Position numbers and translations under genes: made by a program. A stretch of 64,000 bases of DNA from Candidatus Helarchaeota archaeon (lineage in GTDB: Archaea > Asgardarchaeota > Lokiarchaeia > Helarchaeales > RDOG01): the NCBI GenBank assembly GCA_019058315.1, contig JAHPZH010000002.1, positions 1,005,910 through 1,069,909 of the forward strand. The letters are read 5' to 3'. Of this stretch, positions 1 to 12,000 are shown one piece after another. Each line of letters opens with the position of its first letter. Position 1 is the first letter of the stretch. The notes below the pieces were generated by a model that was not told the DNA's origin, did no database searches, and was given only the letters and a program-made list of their open reading frames with translations.

Positions 1-3000
1 CAAAATTTTGCGATGTTATACCTATACTGTTCAATCTAGCTTTTCTAAAATTGATTATAAAAATTGTCCCATCAGAATAAATATTTAAAAATTCAATTTC
101 TGCATCTCCATTTTCATTAATTGTCACTAAATAATCTTGATTATAATTGAGTTCAACACCATCAATCATAACATTATCAATTTCGGAACTCCACTCCAAT
201 ACTGGATAAGATGCAAAAATATATTTACTAGTTCCCATTTGATATGTTATAGATGTACTTTGGGAATTAAATCCATAAAATAAATCGGTTGGATTTATCT
301 CTAGAGTGTATTCTTTCCCTATATTTTCCTCAACAGTCATAGGATAGGATATTCCATTAATTGTTAAGATAATGTCTTCAACAGTGCTATTGATATTAAA
401 GTGTAAATATGCCTTTTCTACGACTTCATGATTTAATATTTCAATATTTGACGCAATTTCTTTTGTTGCGATACCATTTGTGTAATATCTATAATTACTA
501 TAAAGATTAAAACCTTCAATAGGATGGAATAATTGTATAATTCCCCTACCATCTATATCATAAACGACTTCAAAGTCTACATCTTCAATTAGTCTGTCAT
601 AATCTGAATAAAGATTGTCGATTTCATCATCCCAATCTACAATTGGATATTCTAATAACTCATATTCTCGATCAATTTCAAGAGTTTCAATATCGAGTTC
701 ATTATTATATACCCTATAATGGAAGGTTAAATCATGACCACCCGATCCCAAATTATTTACCCAACTTTCAGCATCTTGAGTTAATATTATTTGAAGTTCT
801 TCGTTTATTTCATTAATTTGTACTGTATAATCAGTTCCATATTCTAATATCTGTTCATTAGATGATCCTTCATTATCAATTACTGTGTCAATTATAGGGT
901 CCCATACCACAGCAGGAGAATAGATTAAATCATATATGAAAACTCCAACGATAAAAGTCTGGGTTTCTATACGATCCTCGGATACCCTATAAGTAGCTTG
1001 AATTTCACCATCGAAGTAATTAAGTAGTTTAATTACAGCTCTTGAGTCAGGAAGGATATAAATTTCAAAGTCGATTCCTAATTGAAGCGGATTTCCATCA
1101 AGTAATACCGAATCAATACTATCATCCCATGGCAATATAGGGTATTGATCTAATGCAATTTCCCAGCTTGAGGGATCATAACCTAAATTTTCATCCTTTA
1201 TACTTAAAGTATTATTTATTATGTAATAGCTTTTATACTGGCTTTCTTCATATCCATAAAAGTAGTTATATTTCACCTTTTCTGCAAAGAGTCTCGTATC
1301 TTCAATATTTTCGATACCAGATGATGTTAATTCTATTTCAGCTAATTTTATTCCTGTCAAGAAATTAGGAGGTATTGCATCCTCTATCTCTTCTATTTCT
1401 TCTCCTGAAATAAGGAATACCCCAGTTTTATTTACAATAACCAGATCAATTCTTTTAAATCCAACTGTAGGTAGTGGGGTCTCTATCGTTCCATAATTAA
1501 ATTCTGTAGTATGGATGTAGCGTCTATCACTATTTGGGAACTCAATATAACCGTTATTTATTAATAATTGAGTAGCAGTTACTGTTTCGACTTCTAGTTC
1601 ATCATCTCGAGTCGGATCATCAACGATAGATCCTACCCTTGCCCAGTCTGAAAATTCACCTGGCCATTCTGAGCTCTCGGTAGAATCTGCAGGGTCTTTT
1701 ATGATTTCTGTTGGTTTCCAGAACCATTTTAATGATGGATTGTCTTCAATAAATAATGGGGAGATTGGATATGTTACCATAGAATCTATTATTCCAGAAT
1801 ATAAACCTTCAATAACTTCAGAATCACTTTGGATAAATGATCCTGTAGTCTCAAAATCTTCAATTAATTTATGTAATGGAATTTTTTGATTAAAATTCAC
1901 TGTTGGAAATTTAACAGTCGTATCATAGTTCAAGCAATTTCCAAACCAGAGCCTTAAGACATAACTAAAACTATCACCCTTTTGCACTATGGGATGGTCT
2001 TTACAGAATAAAATTTTGGTATTGTTAGCGTTTTCAAGCGTTCCCAAATGAGTTATTGAGATATCATCATAAGATGTCTTATATTCTCCTTCGATTTTAA
2101 CTTGTCCCAAATAATTACAATAATTCTGGAACCAAGTTGGGTCTAGACTGAATAATGTTGAATCATATGTATTTCCATTGATAGTTGCTGTCCATGAATC
2201 TTCTTCGATATTTAAGTCAATTTCTAAGTTATATGGTAAAGTTGCAGAACTTTCTATGAATACTTGCCTCTCTTCTATTATTCCATCTTTTGCTATCACG
2301 AATTTATAATATATATCATAACCACATGCTCCATCTGCTACTGCCTTAATATAAAATTTGAAGTAGTTATTTTCATCAAAATAATAAGGATAAAAATTGG
2401 CTAATTCGTATAATTCGCCCGCGGGAGGAACCCACGCACTACCCGTATCTAACTCTTCTATGACGAGTTTCAAATTGTAACCTTTATGCCAACTCCTTTT
2501 AGTAATTAGATTTTGCTCACCCGTTAATATTAATTTTTCATCCTCAAATGAAGGAGTACCTCCCCCGTCAATATAATCCCAATCCGATAACTCGTCTACA
2601 TTTTCGATATTAGTAAAGAACTCATAGAATTCTTTTGTGCCCTGAATTAAATCAAGACTGTCAATAGCTCCAGATAATAATTGAGCTCCCATTCCAAGAC
2701 CATTATCATTAAATATAGCTACCCAATCACTACCCTCTTGATATGTATCAAATAACATTGAAGAAGTTAAGTTGAATGGAATTGTCTTGACATCGTAACC
2801 AGTTTCTTCAGAATTCCATGTCATTGTTCTTTTAAGTTCAGTCATACCCCCAGAATAAAACATTGTATTATCTTCGATATCCCAATTCTTACCACTTCCT
2901 TTTGATTCGGTTATGACATAATCCTCACCCTCGGATATTATTTGAGTATCTGGAATTATATCATAAGAATTGATAGGATATGAGACGATTTCTGACATTG

Positions 3001-6000
3001 TATACTCCATATTATCTGAATTTTTACCAAGATCGCTTGCATATTCCGGCATACCATGTGTATATATTCTATGGAGTATCTCACCATTTAGATCAGTTAT
3101 TGTTACATTATCAATATACATTATCAATTTTCCATAATCATGTTCCAAAGCTACCTCAAAACAGGATGTTGTTTTTGTTTCGAAATTAGATAAGTCGATC
3201 CTCCGATGATACCATTTATTCCCAAAAAGATCAGTCTGGGGTGAAGCACTTATTCCATTCTGATCAACTGCATTTCCAGAACTCATCCATGTAGCATCAG
3301 TGAAATATATATCTACTGCTGCTTGACATGGGGTAAATAGGTAATCGGGAATTATTTTTATATCATATTCCAGAAAATTATCTGATTGTATCGTAATTGT
3401 TTGTTGGCTAATATCTGGGTACCAATAAGAATCTACACTTGGATCTAGGGCTTGGGCGGTAAATTTAATATGGTCGGGTCCATTATTGGAACTCTCAAAA
3501 TTCACTTCTCCGTATAAAATTTTATATATAAAAGCAAGTCCCATTGACTCACCTTGAGAAAATTCCACACTGTCGGATTGAACTTCTACAATTTTTGATA
3601 AGTCAGATTCCTCAAATGGCGCATTTGATACAATCCAAGATCCAGATTTATAGCGATAATCCACTTGGCTATTAAATAGGAATGGGGTATCGACACCAAA
3701 ACTTTTTAACAAGATTTCCCATTGAATCCAGCTTTTTATAGTTCCTTGAAGGATAATGAATTTATCTTGCGAGTACCATGAACTCCACTCAATATCTCCT
3801 AGTTCAGCAATACTGTCTGCGGTCTTATATCTAAACTCGATTTCTGTATTAGGTGTATTTTGATCTATTTTGGTAATAGCTGCAAAATCAATTTTTTCAC
3901 CCAGATATATCGGTTCCGTAGTTATGTTACCAGTTGGATAATACGCATCTATATGAACCGGATATAGACATATCCATGAATAATAGTTTGAAGTATAACT
4001 TTTTTTCGGCACCCGTCCATCTGAATAAAATCTAAAAGCTACCCTCTTCTCACCGCTATAACTGGAAACGTCTATATTGGCATAACCATAATCGAACTCA
4101 ATATAATTAGTCCAGTAGTTATGTATTTGCTCGACTGGTATCTCTGTGGTTATGTCTAGGTTCGTCCCAGGATCGTAAATGTATAATTCTAAATATAAAT
4201 CAATGTATCCCGTCCCCCTCGATGTGTAATTCATACTCCAGAGAAAATTTATTGAACCCGCACCAGTCAGATCTACGTCTTGGTATATAATATGCTCGAA
4301 AGTTCCAAGTTTAGCTTCGTTTTTAGAACTTAACACTTCATGAAAATTAACCGCATTATTGGTATGAATTATTTCACCTATATGACTTCCACCACTGCCG
4401 CTAGTTCTTGTCATTTGGGCTTTTTCACAAATCCAATAATCGGTATCCCACTCCCACTCCGTTAATGGATCGTCTGGATTTAAATCGTAAATTCCCTCAT
4501 TACCAGCATGATATAATCTTGTATCTGTAGAAAAATCGTAATCGGGTAAAATATCATCATTTGTATATTCTTTAAGTTGCCAATGCTCATCTATTACATC
4601 TCCGGTTGGATAATACACATCTATATTAACTGGATTCAAATATATATATGCAAAAAAGCCCCTTGTGTTGAGCATATCATCTGTTACCCACCCACTCGTA
4701 TAAAATCTAAAAGTGACTCTTTTTGTCCCTTCATAATTAGAAATATCTACATTGAGATACCCTTGATCAACTTGATTTGCAGTCCAGTGCTTATGTATTT
4801 GTTCTACTGGTGATATTGTATTTATATCATCTTCGGGCTCATGGATATATAGTTCTAAATTTAAATCACACCATGTTGATCCATCAACTTCATATTTCAT
4901 ACCCCAGAGAAAACTTATTGTGTCTGCACCCGTTAAATCTACGTCTTGGTATATAATATGTTCAAAAGTTGAACTTTTGCTACTACCACCCTTATTAGTG
5001 GTGTGATCCGAAAATTCTACTGCGTTATTAGCATGGGTTATTTCTCCTACATGATGTCCCCCACTACCACTAGTTCTTGTCATTTGAGCTTTTTCACAAA
5101 TCCAATTCGAATACCAATCCCCCGTAAAATCATCAAGGATGACATATTCTAAATTACTATCATGTAATAAGTGGGTATTGGTAGAAAAATCATAGTCGGG
5201 TAGTACCGTATCATAAGGATATTTTTCATACTCTAAATCTTCCTCGATAATTTCTATTGTATCAACTATTGTATGATCTATTGTATAATCGGTTAAATCT
5301 AAAACTTGTCTACTATCATAATAATCAGATTGTCTAAACATTACTAGACCTTTAGCCATTTTATTATTTACCCATCTATATTTCGCAGAAACCTTAGAAT
5401 TAAGTGGTGCGGGAGCTGAAAGTGTGACAATGCTTGTATCTAGATTAACACTATAACCCGTCTGTTCTACATCCCCAGATCCGGTATCAATATAAATATG
5501 ATCATTACTACCCCATGCTATTGGCAAATGAGATAATTGATATGTATCTGTCAGACCATCCGCACTTTCATCTAAAACTTCGTATTCATTAATAATTGCA
5601 AATGGTTCTTGTGAAAACCACCAGTATTGGGAATATCCATTCTTGACGGGAGAGAAGAATGTGCTTTGGCTCGAAAATGAACTGTTAAGTTGTATAAAAT
5701 CTATATATAATCTTATTTTTTCGGTCGTAGCTTTTGCAGCTATTAATTTTATTTTTAAAGTGTTTGATCCATCTATATAATCTTGTAAGTTTTCAATTTC
5801 AAATGGTTCGGTCAAGGAAAGTATATTAGAATCACCTTGTTCTATTATATCCCAATTTGTGGTAAGGGGATTATATATAGCAATCCATGTTTGCGGTATA
5901 TATGAATTGCATATACCATATATATCCAAGTAACTAGTCTCAGCTTGGGAAATATCTGATAATGGACTTGGATCGACAATTTCAAATTCGAAATCGACTT

Positions 6001-9000
6001 CGATATATTCAAACCCAGTATATGGTGAATTGTGAACACTCTCTATTTTGAGGAATTTTCCATCCATATCAAATAATGTGGATAATCCTTCAATATTCTC
6101 GTAGACTGAGCTTCCAAGTAGGATGTTAAAGTCATTCGGTTTATAAGTGGTAAAATTTGTAAGTGGGAACGTGAGTACAATCTCATTTTCGTCATACTGC
6201 ATATATCTTGTAATATTTATATTACCGAACACAGTATCTATCACATATATATCTTCTACTAATAATAATTCACTCCACATTTTTTGAACTATTTTAATAT
6301 TATCGCCCTCTGTCATATTTGCAGTTAATTTTGTGATATGAAAATCTCTTGGTCCAACTATATTATTGGTATAAAAATTGTTCTCAAATTGACCGAATTC
6401 AATTTGATCAATTTTAATTCGTTGACTTATGGCAGTAAGCATGAAAGCTGTAATATCGCCATATTCCCGAAGGTCTATTATATGTTCACCTTCTCCCCCA
6501 TCAACAAATATCGGCTGCAAAAATCCATAATTAACTGCAATATTTATCATTAATTGACCACCCGAACCCGCAGCACACACAATTTTAATTTTGTTATAAC
6601 CCTCTTCGATTAAATTACCAGTATATGTGAGTGTATAATATGCAATATTTAATATACCATCTGTTATATCGGTAGGATCTGTATTAATAACAAGAATCGG
6701 AGCCCCACCCCCACCGGATAATTCCTCATATGTCCACGAATTGTCTAATTCTTCCCATGATCTAAATTCTTCAACATCTGGAGAGTCTGGTATAATAGTA
6801 GAATTCAAGCTGAATAAAGCATCGAAACCATCCATGACTGTCCCATTTAATGACCAAATGTTAAATCCAAGACTTTGAGTATTCCATGAATAGCCCTCTA
6901 TTGATGAATCTTCAATATTATATGGTATGCTGATTTGAGATCTTGGTGAAAACGTTAAAAAGTCAAAATTGGCAATAGCTAATTCATATGATGGAGTCTG
7001 TAGTGGAGTATGAGTTGGTGATGGATGGCTTACTTCTTCGAGTCTAATGCTTCTGCAAATTAGTAACACATCAGTTATTACAGTTGCATTAATAGTAAAG
7101 GCTTCGTTTCTTTTGTTAAATACATCAATGGCTGAAAGCAAATCATATTCGAAACTCTTTACACCAATTTCATCATCCGCTATTTGAATATTCCATACAT
7201 AATCGTATAGGTCAAAATCATAAGATATTTGACTCTTAGGACCCCATACGAAATTGATAAGTATGTCATTTAATACAAAACCTATTGAAGGTATTGTGTT
7301 ATAATTAATTCGTTCAATTGTAAAACGAACCACGGGATTAGAATTGATATTGATATTGACTTCATCAGTTGAATTGACTATAAAAAATTCACTTGAATAA
7401 GCAGGACCAGTTTCTAGATTCATACAATATTGTCCTTCCAGACCATCATTTTCTAATCTATAGATTCCATCTCCATCTCTTACTTTCCATCCAAATTTAT
7501 ACATTCCAATTCGATCAATATAAAAATGTTTCACTCCCGTAAAATGACTAACTTCCGGACTAACATCTCGAGCTTTTATTCTAATAGAAGTCTTTAAAAT
7601 TGTCTTTGGTTCATCAATTCCATTTTGTTTAAACAAATCAAAAAGATTCAAATTATAATTTAACCATTCACCAGATTCTGTAAGGCTAATTGTAGATGTT
7701 AATGTAGTTGTAATATCATATTGTATATTTGAAATAACTCCATCTTCATCTGAAATTTCAAATATAATATATATTAGAAAATTAGGCATTTGAGAATCAG
7801 GAAATTCAGGTTCGGTAAATATCCCCGTAGGCAGTTTCGCCCTCATATGGAAAACCATATCTTCTTCAATTGCCAAATTAAAATCCCTATAAAGTGTAAG
7901 CCATGCACCCGCGTCAAAGTCGCCATAAAAGTCTAATATACCAGTATTTACACCATCTTTAGTAACAGTCTTATCATAAGATGTCATTATCAAGCTACTA
8001 TCAAATTCCCAAGATGGGTCAATATCTTTAAAATCATCCAACCAGTAATAATGTCTATTTATATCCTGCTCAAAATCATCCAAAATAATGCTATTACTAA
8101 GTTTTCTATATGGCATATAAAATCCAGTTAGACATGTTGGATGAATCAACATAACATCACTATCCCAGTCTGATGTATATGCGGAATGAGCACTATGGTC
8201 AGTCACAGCAAATCTATATTCTAATTGAGCATTATCTGGCAGATCTGAAATTTCAATAAGGTATGTACCGATTACATTTTCAAAAGCCGAACTAATTTTA
8301 GATCCTTCATTAATATTCTTTGAAGTATAGATTAAATTCATTTCAGCATTATATATTCCTTGATCTGGGTAAGAACCTTGATAATCATCAACAGGAACCC
8401 AATTCCCGTTTTCATTACATACGTATAAAGTCCCGTTTACTGTTACTTTATATTCGAGGTTCACTGTAACTAATTCGAGACAGTCATCTGCCAGCTCGAC
8501 TGAAAATTCCATACCACCATTCGCTGTAGCAAGCCCTCTTGTATTAATCACTTTCGGATGTCTCAAATCGATTTGTAATACAATCGAAGTTATTCCTATA
8601 TGCCCCGATTTATCAATAGCTGCGATAGTAATTACTTGGTCAGATCCTTCAAATAATTCCAATAATTCAAAATTTAGATCAGTTATAGATCCAAGGATTA
8701 TGTCATTATAATAGATTTTATAGGTTTCAATTTCGTTGAGATAATTTTCGACATAACTCCAAGAAAACTGATCAATATTTTCATATTGTAAAATAAGGTC
8801 TGTTATCAATAATTGCCCAACATTAGAATTAGGTTTTAAATCTTCATTGAATTTAATAATATTTGCGATATATGCAAAGACCTTCTCCATAGGTGCATAA
8901 TTAGGATTTATTATTTGAACTTCTCCTACATCAGAAATCGTTGCTATCTCGATTCCTTCATATTCGATACTGAAATATCTATTCTTATAGATAATTATGA

Positions 9001-12000
9001 TTTCATAACTGTTTAAAATATCATGTATCTGTTCCTCTAGAATAGGATCTTGTGATCCCTCAGGTGTATACCATTGCCAATTTCTAAATTGTGCATTTAT
9101 CTCTACAATTGGTGCTGTAGTATCAGCCACACCGGTGACTTGTATAGTCGCCTCATTACCCGCTTTATCGTGAGTTTTAATAATTATTGTAATTGTATTT
9201 CCATCAGTGCTAGGGATTGGTAGATCTTTATAGTAATTGTTAGTTGTGGTAAACTCGTACATATTTGTACCATCATCAAATATGATAGTGTAATAATCCA
9301 AGTTAATTTCGGTACATTGCCAAATGATATCTATATAATAGTCCCAATAATCACCAGAATCAAATGTTATATCTGATACAGCATCAGCATGAGTATCGTA
9401 GTGGATGTTAGTAATTGAATGAGTTTGTGGTGGTGCGGAATCAGAATAGAGAGTTACAATAATTTCATAATTACCATCTGGCATTCCAAGAATGGAGTGA
9501 GTAGAATCGGTTAATTTTTCGCTTGTATATACAATTTGTGAAGTATCTAAATTAAGTAGGCTTACTATGAAATAATCTAACTGATAAATACCTTCTTCAT
9601 ATATCCATTCTATATCTAGGTTATTTACAAAGTTATTTTCTAATAGATTTGTTATAAGTATAGTAGGCAGTTCAGGTTGGAAATTATATATTAGATAATC
9701 TGAACCGGTATTCCCAGCGAGGTCGACAGCTGTTAAAGTAATTACATGTATTCCCTCAACTAAATTTAAGTCGTAATTATAAATACCCTCTAATATCTCT
9801 ACTGGCTCATTATCATCTATTGCTAAAAAATAATTTCCAATCCCACCCTCGTCGTAACTTGACCAACCAAGGCTAAGTATGTGCTGATTAGTACACAAAA
9901 ACCCATTGTTTATTGGAGAATCGATCTGAATGGTCGGGGATTCAAGATCTACAACAATATTCCTTGTAACTTCCTTGATATTGCCAGCCATATCAGCAAC
10001 TAGTATTTTTATCTCGGTTGAATCTTTACTTAATTCAACCTCGTAACTGGCAGTCTGAGAAGAGCTTGTAGTAAAAGTGCCTTGAAGCTGACCATCTATT
10101 AATACTTGACAAATATAAGTTTCTTCCAAATCTGGAATTTCCGAGTATAAAGCTTGCTCAATGAAGTCCCATTTCACAACGTAATTTGTAGATCCGATTC
10201 GTTCTCCTTCTAGTGGTAGTATATTAACCAGCTCAGGTTCACCTACGTCTACAAATATATCAAAATCATAAGTATCCGAATTTCCGACAAGATCGTAGAT
10301 ATCGAGTTTCATTGTATGATGACCTTGAACAGTTTCATCATATGGCAAAACACAAGGTTGTTCATAAAATATTCCAGATTGATAATAATATGTATAATAG
10401 ATTGAAATATCAAAGAGATACGGCGTATCAAGATCATTGAGATTAGTATATAATATAATCGCGACTTGAATCCAATCTTTCACTAAATTATCGGGTATAG
10501 TCTGTTGTTCACTCGATTCTAAATTAATCCAAGCATTTCCTAATAATTCTGTTTCTGAATCCGCAGTTCTATATGCCATATTTATTGATGTGTCTGTGGG
10601 GGCATATCCCGTTCTGTAAAATTCAATTGAGTCTACATTTTCATGAAGGTTAATTGGTTGTAATGTTAAATATCCATATTCATGTAATCGCTCTATTTTT
10701 ATCGGATAGAGTGTTACTTGAATGCTGTTTACACCGTTACCACTATCAGCCTCGTTATTGAGACGAACTATAAACCTTAATTCCTTCATTCCAGTATATG
10801 TGGTGGTGTCAATTATCACAGTGTCACTTATTATTTCATCAAGACCGAGCAAATTATAATATTCTTCATACCATACCAATTCATTTTCTATGTAAAATTC
10901 TATCTCTGCAGATTGTGAATTATATAAATCCAGTTCAGTACAAATTTCCCAATTAAATGACATTAAATCTGCATTGGTAAAATTTGCATACTGATATGTC
11001 TCATGTAATAACCTCCCTTGTACACTATCACTACCACTTGTACTTGAGGAACGACTAAAAATTTGTCTATATGTTCCGTCGGGAACCGAGTGTGAACCGC
11101 TATGCACAACACCAGCCGTATGTGCTCCCGACCCCCAAATATTAGAAGACATAGCCGCGATTTGGTTTAACCAGTCTGATTCATAAGTTCCAGTTAATTC
11201 ACCTCCAAAATCTCCTTGATAATCAGTCCTAGCTAAATTTACTACTGATGACCAATCATAATCAAGTAATGCTTTTTCATACTCATATTCATCCATAGGA
11301 ACTTCCCAATGACCTCCACTCTTAACCATATTTTGTAAAGTATACAGACTTGGATCACTCAGAGTGTTAATTTCGATAGTATCTTCATAATCTTCTTTAT
11401 ACCAATCCGTTAACATGAAATATGCCAAATTAAGCTCAGAATAATCAAATCTGACACTACATTCCTCATCAACGAATATTAATTTTGTAACAGCAGGATA
11501 TTTCCCATTCACGAAAACTGAATCCTTGTAAATGATTGGGGGTGTCGTATCAACATTTAAAGACAAAGCTACTTCTCTATAATTACCACTCTCATCCACC
11601 ACTATAAAATTAAGATCATTAATCCCCTCATTTAAAACGAAGTTGAATGTATATGAATTTCCTATTGGATTTTCAATAACTATATCAACAATTCCTTGTA
11701 CAAGGCTAATTATTCTTGCTATTTTATTCAAATCGCTAAAACCTACCTCTACCGCAACTACCTCCGTATTAATTAATGAAGAGATTGGTGTAGGATCAAT
11801 ATTTAAAATGTTGATTTCAGGGGGTGTATTATCAATTATTATTTCTACATATTTTGAGACTAATGTGTTTAAGTGATCTTTCAACTCTATATAAACCTTG
11901 AATTTACCTTCTGCGAGATTTACATTAATGTTTAAAGGTGGAGGAAAATTCTCATATCTATTTCTATATGTTACCTCTCTCACAAATTGAGCACCATCCC

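Noticed and set aside
3960-5230. Possible DGR template/variable repeat pair
   Set aside because: Both copies are in-frame coding, differences include indels and are not adenine-specific, and no reverse transcriptase is seen.
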